Positions 1 to 8,331 of a stretch of DNA of 32,000 nt are shown piece by piece. Under the pieces are notes generated by a model. That model worked only from the letters and a program-made list of their open reading frames with translations. It was not told the DNA's origin and made no database searches. Position 1 is the first letter of the stretch. The number at the start of each line of letters is the position of its first letter. The position numbers and the translations under genes were made by a program. Source of the stretch: Telmatocola sphagniphila (GTDB lineage Bacteria > Planctomycetota > Planctomycetia > Gemmatales > Gemmataceae); contig NZ_CP074694.1 in assembly GCF_018398935.1 (NCBI RefSeq), positions 3,780,001 to 3,812,000 on the forward strand, written 5' to 3'.

Positions 1-2
1 TG

Positions 3-902
3 ACTGAAGACAAGTATGTAATCGCTCAGGAAGTACGACCGGGCAATCCAGCGGTGGTTCACCACACTCTGAACTTCTTTGATCTCACAGGCGGCGGCCG
101 GGATATGGAGAAGAAAGAAAAAGAACGCAAGAAGGAGCCCAACGAACAGGACTACGGCCCAGGCTATTCGGTAGCCATGAGCGTCGGCTTCCTCCCCGAT
201 GCCAGCAAGGCTCCCCCGGGTAAACCGGCCTTCGGTGGGCTTAGCGGTTGGGCGCCGGGTCAGGTTCCCAGGTTCCTACCGGAAGGGTCCGGCTACTTTC
301 TTCCCGCCGGAGCCGACATTATCATTCAGACACACTATCACCGTAACGGCAAGCCGGAGAAAGATCGGCTGAAACTCGGTCTCTACTTCGCTAAAGGGAA
401 CATCGACAAGCCATTCCGGACGGGCACCATCCAGGGACTTCGGCCATTCCTGAATGTCATCCCGGCCAACGAACCTCACTATGTCGCACACGGTACTGGT
501 TGGGCTCAAAGCGATTGCACCCTGCATAGCGTAATGCCGCATATGCATCTGTTGGGCAAATCGGTGAAAGTGACCATGCAGCAACCGGGCCAGGATGCAA
601 TAACCCTCGTCGATATTCACGAATGGGATTACAACTGGCAGGAAACTTACTGGTTGAAAGAGCCCATGGCGATCAAAAAGGGAACGAAGTTCGATATCGA
701 AGCCGTTTACGATAACAGTTCCAAGAACCCCAACAATCCTACGAATCCTCCCAAAACTGTAATCGTCGGGGAACAGACCACCGATGAAATGCTCTTCGGG
801 TTTATCGGGCTGACCCCCATAAAAGGAGCGGGCTCCGCTTCGATCCGACCGATTCCTCCGGCCACCCAGAAGCCGAAAGAGAAAACTCAAGACAAGAAAT
901 AA
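3..902 (+). CDS. Copper type II ascorbate-dependent monooxygenase-like (PHM/DBH fold) domain protein; 5' end lies outside the window
   Basis: Frame 3 is open from nt 3 (..NPAVVHHTL..), so the track's GTG start at 54 is internal. The ordered motifs VVHH, THYH, MPHMHLLGK and TTDEM fit the CuH (H,H,H) and CuM (HxH...M) ligand pattern of the PHM/DBH family. Confidence 0.7.
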   Translation, partial: TEDKYVIAQEVRPGNPAVVHHTLNFFDLTGGGRDMEKKEKERKKEPNEQDYGPGYSVAMSVGFLPDASKAPPGKPAFGGLSGWAPGQVPRFLPEGSGYFLPAGADIIIQTHYHRNGKPEKDRLKLGLYFAKGNIDKPFRTGTIQGLRPFLNVIPANEPHYVAHGTGWAQSDCTLHSVMPHMHLLGKSVKVTMQQPGQDAITLVDIHEWDYNWQETYWLKEPMAIKKGTKFDIEAVYDNSSKNPNNPTNPPKTVIVGEQTTDEMLFGFIGLTPIKGAGSASIRPIPPATQKPKEKTQDKK

Positions 903-1030
903 GCGTTGAATCGTCCATTTAATAGAGAGGCTGCGGGAACTGTCCCCTCCCTGAATCCTCTGGGCCCGGGCCATTCGGGCCTCTATACTTCCTACAGTTG
1001 GATTAACCGATCTCCATTCCCAGAAATCTC

Positions 1031-1894
1031 ATGAAATTTAAACTCCTTCTGGCCGTGTGCTTTCTGGCACAAGGCCATTCCTTCACGTCAGCTCAAGAAA
1101 CGACTCCCAAACCGAAGGAAGTTCTGCCGAGCTATCACATTCCCTATAAGCTCACCGACACCAAGCACGTCATGGTTCGGGTGAAGCTCAACGGAAAAGG
1201 CCCTTTCAACTTCATTCTGGACACCGGCGCCCCGGCCCTGATTCTCAGTGAGAAAGTGGCAGAGAAACTCGGCGTAAAGTCGGAAAATGGCTGGGCCACG
1301 TTCGATAAACTCGAAGTGGAAGGCGGCCTGACCATTCCCAAAGCCAAGGGACTCGCTATCGAGATGTTCCAGCTAAAGGGCATGAATGCTCTGGGCGTGG
1401 CCGGGGTCGAACTTCATGGCGTGCTCGGCTACACGGTGCTTGCCCAATTCGAAATCCAATACGACTTCACCAAAGATAAGCTGACCTGGAAGGCGCTTAA
1501 AGGATTCACTCCGGCGGATATTCAACGCTTAGGAGGAGGCAAGGATTCCAGCCAGGGCGGTCTCGAAATGATCGGCACCATGATGCAGACTCTGGGGCCA
1601 CTGATGGGGTTTAAGCCGAACTTCGAAACGCGGCCGCGCGGTTTCCTCGGCGTGACTCTCGAAGTTAAAGACGACAAACTGTTCATTCAATCGGTCATCC
1701 CGAACAGTCCGGCGGCCGATGCCGGTCTCGCGGCAGGCGATCGCATTGTCGCTCTCAATAAGAAAGAGACCGACAACTTCAAAGAAGCGATCAAAGCGAC
1801 CTCAAGTGTCGGCGAGAACGACAGCATCAAGTTGACGATCGAACGAGCCAAGGAAGAAAAATCCTACACCGTCAAATTGGGCAAAGGCCTGTAA
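1031..1894 (+). CDS. Secreted retropepsin-like aspartic protease with C-terminal PDZ domain
   Basis: ATG start and an N-terminal signal peptide (MKFKLLLAVCFLAQG..). It has a single FILDTGAP active-site motif (Asp codon at 1220-1222) and a downstream HGVLGYTVL motif. The C-terminal PDZ-like segment reads GFLGV..PNSPAADAGLAAGDRIVALN. Confidence 0.75.
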   Translation: MKFKLLLAVCFLAQGHSFTSAQETTPKPKEVLPSYHIPYKLTDTKHVMVRVKLNGKGPFNFILDTGAPALILSEKVAEKLGVKSENGWATFDKLEVEGGLTIPKAKGLAIEMFQLKGMNALGVAGVELHGVLGYTVLAQFEIQYDFTKDKLTWKALKGFTPADIQRLGGGKDSSQGGLEMIGTMMQTLGPLMGFKPNFETRPRGFLGVTLEVKDDKLFIQSVIPNSPAADAGLAAGDRIVALNKKETDNFKEAIKATSSVGENDSIKLTIERAKEEKSYTVKLGKGL

Positions 1895-1934
1895 CAGAAA
1901 TTTCACCGCGAGACGCTCGCACGAGAATAGATCC

Positions 1935-2762
1935 ATGAAACAGACACTAGCTTTTGGATGCTGCTTACTCCTTGCGCTGCAGGGACGAGCTCAGGACGCC
2001 CCGAAACCGATCACGGTGCCCTTCACGCAGATTGAGACCGGCCACTTCATGATCAAAGTGAAGCTCAACGACAAAGGGCCTTACAATCTGATATTCGACA
2101 CCGGCGCGCCGATGACCCTGATCGACAACCGGATCGCCAAGGATTCCGGAGTCATCAAAACGGCGAACAGCTTTTTCTTTGGCGCCATGACCACGCCTCA
2201 GACGATCAAAAAATTCAAGCTGGGCGATCTCGAAGTCGAAAAAGTGACGACCATGGTAATGGACCATCCCACGGTCTCCGCTTTCTCCCGCTTCTACGAG
2301 AAAAAGTACAACGAATCGATCGACGGCATCGTCGGGTTCCCCTTCTTCGCCCGGTTCGCCACTACGGTGAACTATCAAACCAAGGAACTGAAGTTCGTCC
2401 CCAACGGCTATCAGCCCGAGGATGTGATGCAGGGGATGATGAAAACCATGATGGCCGGCAGCAGCGGCAAACAGGGTCCGAAAGTGCTGGCTCCCGGCGG
2501 ATACTGGGGATTCAGCTTCGCCGCGAAGTCGGATGAAGCTGCAGGCATCACGATCGAAAAATTATTTCCCGGCGGCCCCGCCGATAAAGCTGGCCTGAAG
2601 GTGGGCGACCGACTGCTGACACTGGATGGCCGCTGGACCGACAGTATCTCCGATGCTTACAACGCCAGCAGCTTCGTTAAGCCTGGGAAAGCCGTCGAAT
2701 TGGTTATCAAACGCGACGGCGTCGAGAAGACGATTAAAGTAGCCCCCGAAACGGGCTTGTAA
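1935..2762 (+). CDS. Secreted retropepsin-like aspartic protease with C-terminal PDZ domain (paralog of 1031..1894)
   Basis: Signal peptide, LIFDTGAP, IDGIVGFPFF and a PDZ-like GGPADKAGLKVGDRLLTLDG. The block VKLNDKGPYNLIFDTGAP parallels VKLNGKGPFNFILDTGAP in the upstream gene. Confidence 0.75.
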   Translation: MKQTLAFGCCLLLALQGRAQDAPKPITVPFTQIETGHFMIKVKLNDKGPYNLIFDTGAPMTLIDNRIAKDSGVIKTANSFFFGAMTTPQTIKKFKLGDLEVEKVTTMVMDHPTVSAFSRFYEKKYNESIDGIVGFPFFARFATTVNYQTKELKFVPNGYQPEDVMQGMMKTMMAGSSGKQGPKVLAPGGYWGFSFAAKSDEAAGITIEKLFPGGPADKAGLKVGDRLLTLDGRWTDSISDAYNASSFVKPGKAVELVIKRDGVEKTIKVAPETGL

Positions 2763-2766
2763 AGAA

Positions 2767-3447
2767 CTAATTCCCCATCTTGCCTTTTTCCTTTTCCGCA
2801 TTGGTCTGGGCAAATTTCACCAGCGGTAACGCCTGGCTGAACTCTTCCGGGCTGATGCCGGCTTTGATCGCATAGCTTCGAGCGGAATCTTCAATGTTCT
2901 GCGGATTCGGCCGTCGAGGAGAAGAATCCCGGCGCGGGTTCCGCTCTTCCCATTTCGCCAGTTCGGCCATTCGAGTCATATCCGAACCCATTCCGCCGTA
3001 ACCTCCCCGATCGCCTGTGATCGGCGGTGCCAGCGGCGGTTCTCCGCGCGGCCGCGGTTCAGGCTCATTCGCTGCCTGGCGAGAAAATTCCATCAGAGCC
3101 AGTTCGTTACAGAGTAACACGGCCAATTCCGCATCGTTCTTGCAGCGCTGCACCAGCCCCTCGGTAATAATCACCTGCTCCAAGCCCGTGTGATAAATCG
3201 ATTGCGTCTGCAGGCCGACCGTCAGGAAGAGCGGATTGACTTTGATGTCGGGGTTGGTTCCCAGGATCTTGCGGCCGAGGGTATCGACGCGAGAAGCATT
3301 GATCAAGGCCGCGGGAGGAAGGTTGGAAGTCGGAAACGGATGATCCAATCGTTCGACTTTTTTGTCGTTTTGCGTGAACAACTCATCCAGCGCGCAGCCC
3401 GAACTCAGGAAGCTGGTGAAGATAAGGGCAATCAGGTAAATGCGCAT
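2767..3447 (-). CDS. Lipoprotein resembling an M48-family peptidase with a degenerate HExxH (CNELAL); possible pseudo-protease
   Basis: ATG start preceded by GGAGAG. The lipobox is LSSGC. The segment VIITEGLVQRCKNDAELAVLLCNELALM aligns by eye with the M48 pattern 'i.vttGLl....deELaaVLaHElgH', but both His residues are replaced (nt 3094-3111). A later IEDSARSYAIKAGISPEEF resembles the M48 'E..AD...aGYdP' region. Confidence 0.4.
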   Translation of the reverse strand: MRIYLIALIFTSFLSSGCALDELFTQNDKKVERLDHPFPTSNLPPAALINASRVDTLGRKILGTNPDIKVNPLFLTVGLQTQSIYHTGLEQVIITEGLVQRCKNDAELAVLLCNELALMEFSRQAANEPEPRPRGEPPLAPPITGDRGGYGGMGSDMTRMAELAKWEERNPRRDSSPRRPNPQNIEDSARSYAIKAGISPEEFSQALPLVKFAQTNAEKEKGKMGN

Positions 3448-3652
3448 GGTCGCTCTCCGCTGTTAGTAGCTGGGAGGGAATAGCCGCGTGTTCGGTTTCT
3501 GTAAAGCGCAACTTGAGCGAAATTAAAAATGGACTGGATTTTTTATCCAGATATGTCATTAGGGGAGTTTCAGGGACGCAGGGAAATCCCCTTTAGTCTC
3601 GTTATGTGGACAGGGTCGTTCACCAGGATACGGCATGCAAAGGAGTGCGGTA

Positions 3653-5728
3653 ATGCGACGATGGTATTTCCGCAGTTTGGCACTGGCGGTTTGCGGTGTT
3701 GGTTTCTTCAACAGCCCCGTTGCGGCTCAGGATTCTCGTCCGGTACCCGAGACGATTCGGGTCAAAACGGCCGATGATCCGGGCCTACCTCCTCTTCCCG
3801 CCCTGAAAACCGCTCCAGATGCACCGACTGCACCTGCAAAAGGTGTCGAACTCCCTTCCCTGGATCTCCCCAAACTCGAAGTTCCGAAAGTCGATAATCC
3901 GATTCCGGCAAACGCGACTGGAAGTATGCCTGCGCTCGCTCTTCCTGCCGTGCCGAACGTACAACTTCCGCAGGATCCGGAACTGCCCAAATCTGTGAAA
4001 CCAGCTGAATCAAAGAGTGTCGTCGAACCTCCCAAGCTGGAACTGCCCAATCTCGAGGCCCCGCAGAGCGGCAGTGGCAAACCAGCCGACAAATCCCCCA
4101 TTGAGTTACCCAAGCTGGACGTCCCGGTTCCTCCTTCCCCTCCGAAAGTTCCCGTGTCGCCAGCGAATGGAAAATCTTCGCTGAATTCGGAGGATAATCC
4201 GATCGTCCCGCCCTCGCTGGATCCGAAGAAACCGGTTCCGCTCGGCACCACTTATGTAAAGCCGCTGACGATATCGGAGGAAGCACCGCCGATTCCCAAC
4301 AGTCTTAAGCTCCCTAACACCCCTACACCAGCAGCATCGAGCTCGGCCAAGGGCAATGCAAACGATGATGTGAACCTGTCAGCTTTTAACGAACTGCCGC
4401 CCCTGAGCGTTCCTTCGGCAATGACACCGCCGAGTGGGCAATCGCTCACTCCGTCGCCAATTCTGCCGGCAAAGTTGACGACGACTTCTTCCACTTCCGG
4501 GAATCTCGGCGAGCCGGGAATGCTGCAACTGCCGACCAATCCCGAACGCGTGGGAGCGCCGAACGAACCGCAGAAGAAAAAACCGTTCTGGGATCCAAAC
4601 TGCGATCCGGCGCGCGACCAGGATGTGAACGCCTGCAAAGAGTATCTGGGCATATCGGCCGATATGCCGGTGAAGCCGAAGTGGTGGTTGGATGTGGACT
4701 ATCTGCATTACTTCACGCCGCGCGGCCGACTGCCCGCTTTGCTTTATGGAGGCATGCCTTCGAGCGCCAGTACGCCGGCAAATCCGGTGATGGGACGAAC
4801 TTTCCCGCTTTATTTGAATTCGGGACCAGGTTCCCGAACGGCTCCCGGAGTTGAAGTGGCCCTGGGCACCTGGCTGGAACCGAGCCTTCATTGGGGCATC
4901 GACGTCACGACGATGACGCTCTTCGATCAAAGTACCGAAAAACAGTTCGGCTCGGCGGGTGATCTTTACTTACTACGGCCATTCCGGGATGCCGACACGA
5001 ATACTCCACAGTTTCTACCGATTGCCGGGGCAGGAAATCCCGGCGGCATTAACATTCAAACGAATTCTCGCTTCGATGGACAGGAAATCCACCTCCTGTA
5101 CGATCCGCATTTCGAATTCCTGAGCCCTGGTATGACGATGTACTTCATGTTCGGTTATCGGCATTTCAATTTGTCCGATGATCTGCAAATTCAAGATTAC
5201 TCGATCTACCCGAACCAACCCGCCACGATTGCCACCTACGATCATTTCTCGACCCACAACGATTTCAACGGCGGGCAGATCGCCATGAAAACGAGCTACC
5301 AGGCTTCGCGCTGGTCTCTCGATTTCACTTCGAAGATCTCTCTGGGTACTTCGACGCAGAACGTCTACGTGAATGGCTTCGCCAACGGATACTCCCCCTC
5401 CTCGGGTCCGGTGGGACAACCGGGCGGCTTCCTGGCTCTACCGACGAATATCGGCGAATACCAGCGGCAGCGACTGGCCTTCGCCCCGGAAGTCGGTTTG
5501 AAATTCAATTATAAATTCACGAACAACCTGATCGGTTCGATTGGCTACAACTTCGTGTATCTCTCTTCGGTGGTTCGCCCAGGGGATGTGATAGATACCA
5601 CGATCAACTCGAATTACTTGCCGTTTACCAACGGCAACGGCAGCCAGACGCAGCGACCCGGAATTATGTGGCGGGATGACAGTTACTGGACCCAGGGCCT
5701 CAGCATCGGGCTGACTCTGCAATACTAA
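3653..5728 (+). CDS. BBP7-family outer-membrane beta-barrel protein with a long Pro-rich N-terminal extension
   Basis: I prefer the ATG at 3653 (AAGGAG lies 8 nt upstream) over the track start at 3635. A signal peptide ends ..SPVAAQD. About 300 aa of Pro-rich sequence contain LPKLEVPKV / PKLELPNLEAP / ELPKLDVPVP repeats. The barrel-like half starts at KPKWWLDVDYLHYF.. and ends ..GLTLQY with a terminal aromatic residue. Confidence 0.7.
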   Translation: MRRWYFRSLALAVCGVGFFNSPVAAQDSRPVPETIRVKTADDPGLPPLPALKTAPDAPTAPAKGVELPSLDLPKLEVPKVDNPIPANATGSMPALALPAVPNVQLPQDPELPKSVKPAESKSVVEPPKLELPNLEAPQSGSGKPADKSPIELPKLDVPVPPSPPKVPVSPANGKSSLNSEDNPIVPPSLDPKKPVPLGTTYVKPLTISEEAPPIPNSLKLPNTPTPAASSSAKGNANDDVNLSAFNELPPLSVPSAMTPPSGQSLTPSPILPAKLTTTSSTSGNLGEPGMLQLPTNPERVGAPNEPQKKKPFWDPNCDPARDQDVNACKEYLGISADMPVKPKWWLDVDYLHYFTPRGRLPALLYGGMPSSASTPANPVMGRTFPLYLNSGPGSRTAPGVEVALGTWLEPSLHWGIDVTTMTLFDQSTEKQFGSAGDLYLLRPFRDADTNTPQFLPIAGAGNPGGINIQTNSRFDGQEIHLLYDPHFEFLSPGMTMYFMFGYRHFNLSDDLQIQDYSIYPNQPATIATYDHFSTHNDFNGGQIAMKTSYQASRWSLDFTSKISLGTSTQNVYVNGFANGYSPSSGPVGQPGGFLALPTNIGEYQRQRLAFAPEVGLKFNYKFTNNLIGSIGYNFVYLSSVVRPGDVIDTTINSNYLPFTNGNGSQTQRPGIMWRDDSYWTQGLSIGLTLQY

Positions 5729-5731
5729 TAG

Positions 5732-5776
5732 AAAAACCCCGGAGGGCCTATGGCCTCATCCGGGGTTTCGATTTTT
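5732..5776. terminator. Bidirectional intrinsic terminator between convergent genes
   Basis: The stem pairs ccccgga (5737-5743) with tccgggg (5759-5765), with an inner GGCC/GGCC pairing. It is flanked by gaaaaa upstream and tttcgattttt downstream, so either strand gets a U-tract. Confidence 0.7.
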
Positions 5777-5783
5777 CAGCCGT

Positions 5784-6347
5784 TCAATTCGAGTTCTTTT
5801 CCGCCGAACTTTCCGTTACGGGTAACACGGCCAGCACGTAAAAGAGTACCGAGAAAATCAAAGCGGAAGCGCCCATCGTCCGGTAAAACGGCAAAGCGGC
5901 CGTATAGCACTCCATCAGGCCGTTCCAGTTTTTGGTGTATTCCGAATCGGCCGAGAGCCAGTACTGGAAATTGGTAACCAGGAAGAACAGTATCGAGGCC
6001 GCCAGCCCGAAGCCGACGCTACTCCCCAGTGTGAGTTTGCGCGAGAGCAGGTATCCCATCAAGCCAATTAAAAACCAACTGCCGTAAACACCCAGCAGTC
6101 CGGAATGAAAAGCGTATTCCATATCGCCGTGCTGGAGCGCCAAAACCAGATCGCCGAAAATCTGCGTGGCGAAAATGAACAGGAACGACTGGTAGCCGAA
6201 GCCGAAAAAAGTGATCGCGAACAGTGCCAGGGCCGTCATGGGCGTGAAGTTCGGGGCTAGCGGAAATAGCCGCAGCAGCACGGTAGCGGCGCAAAGGCTC
6301 AGCGCCAGAAGGAATTTCTGCCTGCGATCAGTCTTATCGAAGTTCAT
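5784..6347 (-). CDS. Small polytopic membrane protein (possibly a DUF6580-like putative transporter)
   Basis: Hydrophobic throughout, with about 5-6 predicted TM segments. The segment LFPLAPNFTPMTALALFAITFFG reminds me of the DUF6580 family, but this is recollection only. The track start at 6374 is TTG; the first ATG is at 6347. Confidence 0.5.
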   Translation of the reverse strand: MNFDKTDRRQKFLLALSLCAATVLLRLFPLAPNFTPMTALALFAITFFGFGYQSFLFIFATQIFGDLVLALQHGDMEYAFHSGLLGVYGSWFLIGLMGYLLSRKLTLGSSVGFGLAASILFFLVTNFQYWLSADSEYTKNWNGLMECYTAALPFYRTMGASALIFSVLFYVLAVLPVTESSAEKNSN

Positions 6348-6445
6348 ACGTTTTGAAACCTGCGGGAATACCAACTTAGTTTATCCGATTTGTCATCTTA
6401 TTCGTTGGCTCAATGCTGAACAGTGAATTTCCGGCTTAAGCCACC

Positions 6446-7099
6446 TCAGACAGGGTCGAAAAATCCTTTGTTCATTTTTGCGATGATCGTCTCGGCGACA
6501 ATTTTATAGTTCATCATGAAGGTATGCCGCACCGGCAATTCAATGACTGTTGCCTTCTCCAAACTGGCTTCCCGTACGGTGACGATTCCATCGTTGGGTT
6601 CGTGACCTATCGGCCACCAGTTTGCCCGCATTCCTGCTGTGCCTGCGATGGCCACCGTGGGAATGGTAACTCCCGGCAAGGCATTCATCCAATCGATATC
6701 GCAGAGCCGCTGCCCGGGATCGCCATTGAGAATGCGAAACAGAAATCGTTTCTGAAAGAAGCGGGCGAGTTGCGGGGAATGATTGGGGCTGCCGAGCTGA
6801 AATAACTGCAGTGGCCGGGCTTCCGGCGCTTGCTCGGCGATGGCGACTCGCAAAAGCAGGCCGCCCAGCGAATGGCCAATCACGATCAACTTTTTTTGGG
6901 TATGTTGATCAAGAAATTTCCTGAGTTGTCCCGCTATTTTTTGGAAAGGATCGCGCGCCGCCTGGTAGCCGAAAAAATGCGTGCGCAGTCCCTCACGACG
7001 TAGTCGTCGGGCCAGCGGCGCCATGGAAAACGGCGATCGGCCCATCCCATGCACCAGCAGCACATCTGTCGGACGCGATTTGTATTCGTCGGTTTTCAA
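6446..7099 (-). CDS. Alpha/beta-fold hydrolase (esterase/lipase-like)
   Basis: Contains LLVHGMGRS and the nucleophile elbow GHSLGG. The start is a TTG that overlaps the upstream gene's TGA (TTGA, 7096-7099). Confidence 0.7.
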   Translation of the reverse strand: MKTDEYKSRPTDVLLVHGMGRSPFSMAPLARRLRREGLRTHFFGYQAARDPFQKIAGQLRKFLDQHTQKKLIVIGHSLGGLLLRVAIAEQAPEARPLQLFQLGSPNHSPQLARFFQKRFLFRILNGDPGQRLCDIDWMNALPGVTIPTVAIAGTAGMRANWWPIGHEPNDGIVTVREASLEKATVIELPVRHTFMMNYKIVAETIIAKMNKGFFDPV

Positions 7100-8274
7100 T
7101 TGAACCAGGCCGCGTACGCCACACCCATGGGGTTATTGAAAATTTGCAGGGCCTGGAAGAATGCCGCCAAATTGAGATCGGGCGCTTTCATCCAGTATTT
7201 CTCGTCGGGAAGCCAATCGGTTTGCGCTTTATTGAAATCCCAAGACAGCGGAGGATCTTCGAGTAAGACCTTGAGGTTGATCCCTTTGCCTTTTCGCGAA
7301 AGAAACGAAGCCACAAAGGTCTTCTTCCCTTCCAGGACATCCTGAAGTTCGCTCATACAAGCCAGCCAGGAATCGATCATCTGATCCTGGACGGCCAAGC
7401 CCAATACCCCTTTTTGCTTGGAATTGGGTAGCCATTCGTGATCGTTATCAGTCTCCGCCCGCACGAACTTCCAGGTTTCGTGGTTGAGTTTGGCCACCTG
7501 GATCAGGTGCAGGCGAAAGCGACTCAATCTCTTGGGTTCCACGAGTATCAATTTCGTACTGAAATTGCGATTCTTGGCTTTTTCTTGGAGTTCCGCCGCT
7601 GTGAAACGAGATTGATATTTTGCGAAGGAGGACGATGCCGTGGCGTCGAAATCGGCTTCCCCGTCGAATGTCAGGACCACGTCGATAATGGCTTCAAGGA
7701 GGTGACAATAGGCCCGAAACCAGGCGACATCGCCCCGATCGAAGCAGACCAGAAATTCGGGGTTCTCTTTTTCGAATTGAAATCTTCCTCCATTGAGTTT
7801 TCGACAAAGTTCGAGCAGCTGAACAGTGGGTTTTCCCGAGCTATCCAGATGCAGAGGGATCGCCGCCAGACGGAGGGGTACCTTGACCTTCTCATCCTGA
7901 ATCTCGGCAAAAGTTTTTTCCGCTCGTTCGAGCCCCAACCGCAGATCCTCCAGTAACTGGCGAAAGATCGCATACCGCATCGTCGCGGGATCGGGATTTT
8001 TTGGGAACGGTATCGGAAAGTCCTGATCGGATTTCAGGCCATGTTCGTAGAGCGCTTGGCCGAATTTTTCGACCGCAAGTAAAAGCTGGAGAACGCCGAG
8101 TCCGAATCGCGCCTCATCGTTTTTCGGTTGTTCCGCAAGTATATGTTCCAGGTGCTGTTCCCCTTTGAGGAACTCTCCGGAGTGCAGAAACTTCTCCACC
8201 ATTGGTGGTGGTGATTGGGCCACGGCAAACGTACCGTAGCCCAACAAGAATATTCCAGCGATCAGTGTTCTCAT
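7096..8274 (-). CDS. Secreted hypothetical protein, translationally coupled to the downstream hydrolase
   Basis: ATG at 8274 with GGAGAG 5 nt upstream (the track's 8280 start is GTG). Signal peptide MRTLIAGIFLLGYGTFAVAQS. I recognise no domain. Confidence 0.6.
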   Translation of the reverse strand: MRTLIAGIFLLGYGTFAVAQSPPPMVEKFLHSGEFLKGEQHLEHILAEQPKNDEARFGLGVLQLLLAVEKFGQALYEHGLKSDQDFPIPFPKNPDPATMRYAIFRQLLEDLRLGLERAEKTFAEIQDEKVKVPLRLAAIPLHLDSSGKPTVQLLELCRKLNGGRFQFEKENPEFLVCFDRGDVAWFRAYCHLLEAIIDVVLTFDGEADFDATASSSFAKYQSRFTAAELQEKAKNRNFSTKLILVEPKRLSRFRLHLIQVAKLNHETWKFVRAETDNDHEWLPNSKQKGVLGLAVQDQMIDSWLACMSELQDVLEGKKTFVASFLSRKGKGINLKVLLEDPPLSWDFNKAQTDWLPDEKYWMKAPDLNLAAFFQALQIFNNPMGVAYAAWFN

Positions 8275-8331
8275 CCACACTCTCCAATAATGTCCGGAAC
8301 TGGGAGCATTCGTTCCTAATTATCTTTGACG

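Noticed and set aside
276-974. 232-aa minus-strand ORF at the left edge
   Set aside because: It is antisense to the PHM-like monooxygenase domain gene, which shows an ordered set of metal-ligand motifs.
3727-4286. Two overlapping 174-aa minus-strand ORFs
   Set aside because: Both are antisense to the Pro-rich region of the BBP7 gene. Their Gly/Ser-rich translations are the complement of Pro/Glu/Leu codons.
6348-6445. Cobalamin riboswitch upstream of the DUF6580-like membrane protein
   Set aside because: Only ~70-100 nt are available between the genes, which is too short. I see no B12-box-like core. The family assignment of the downstream gene is itself tentative.
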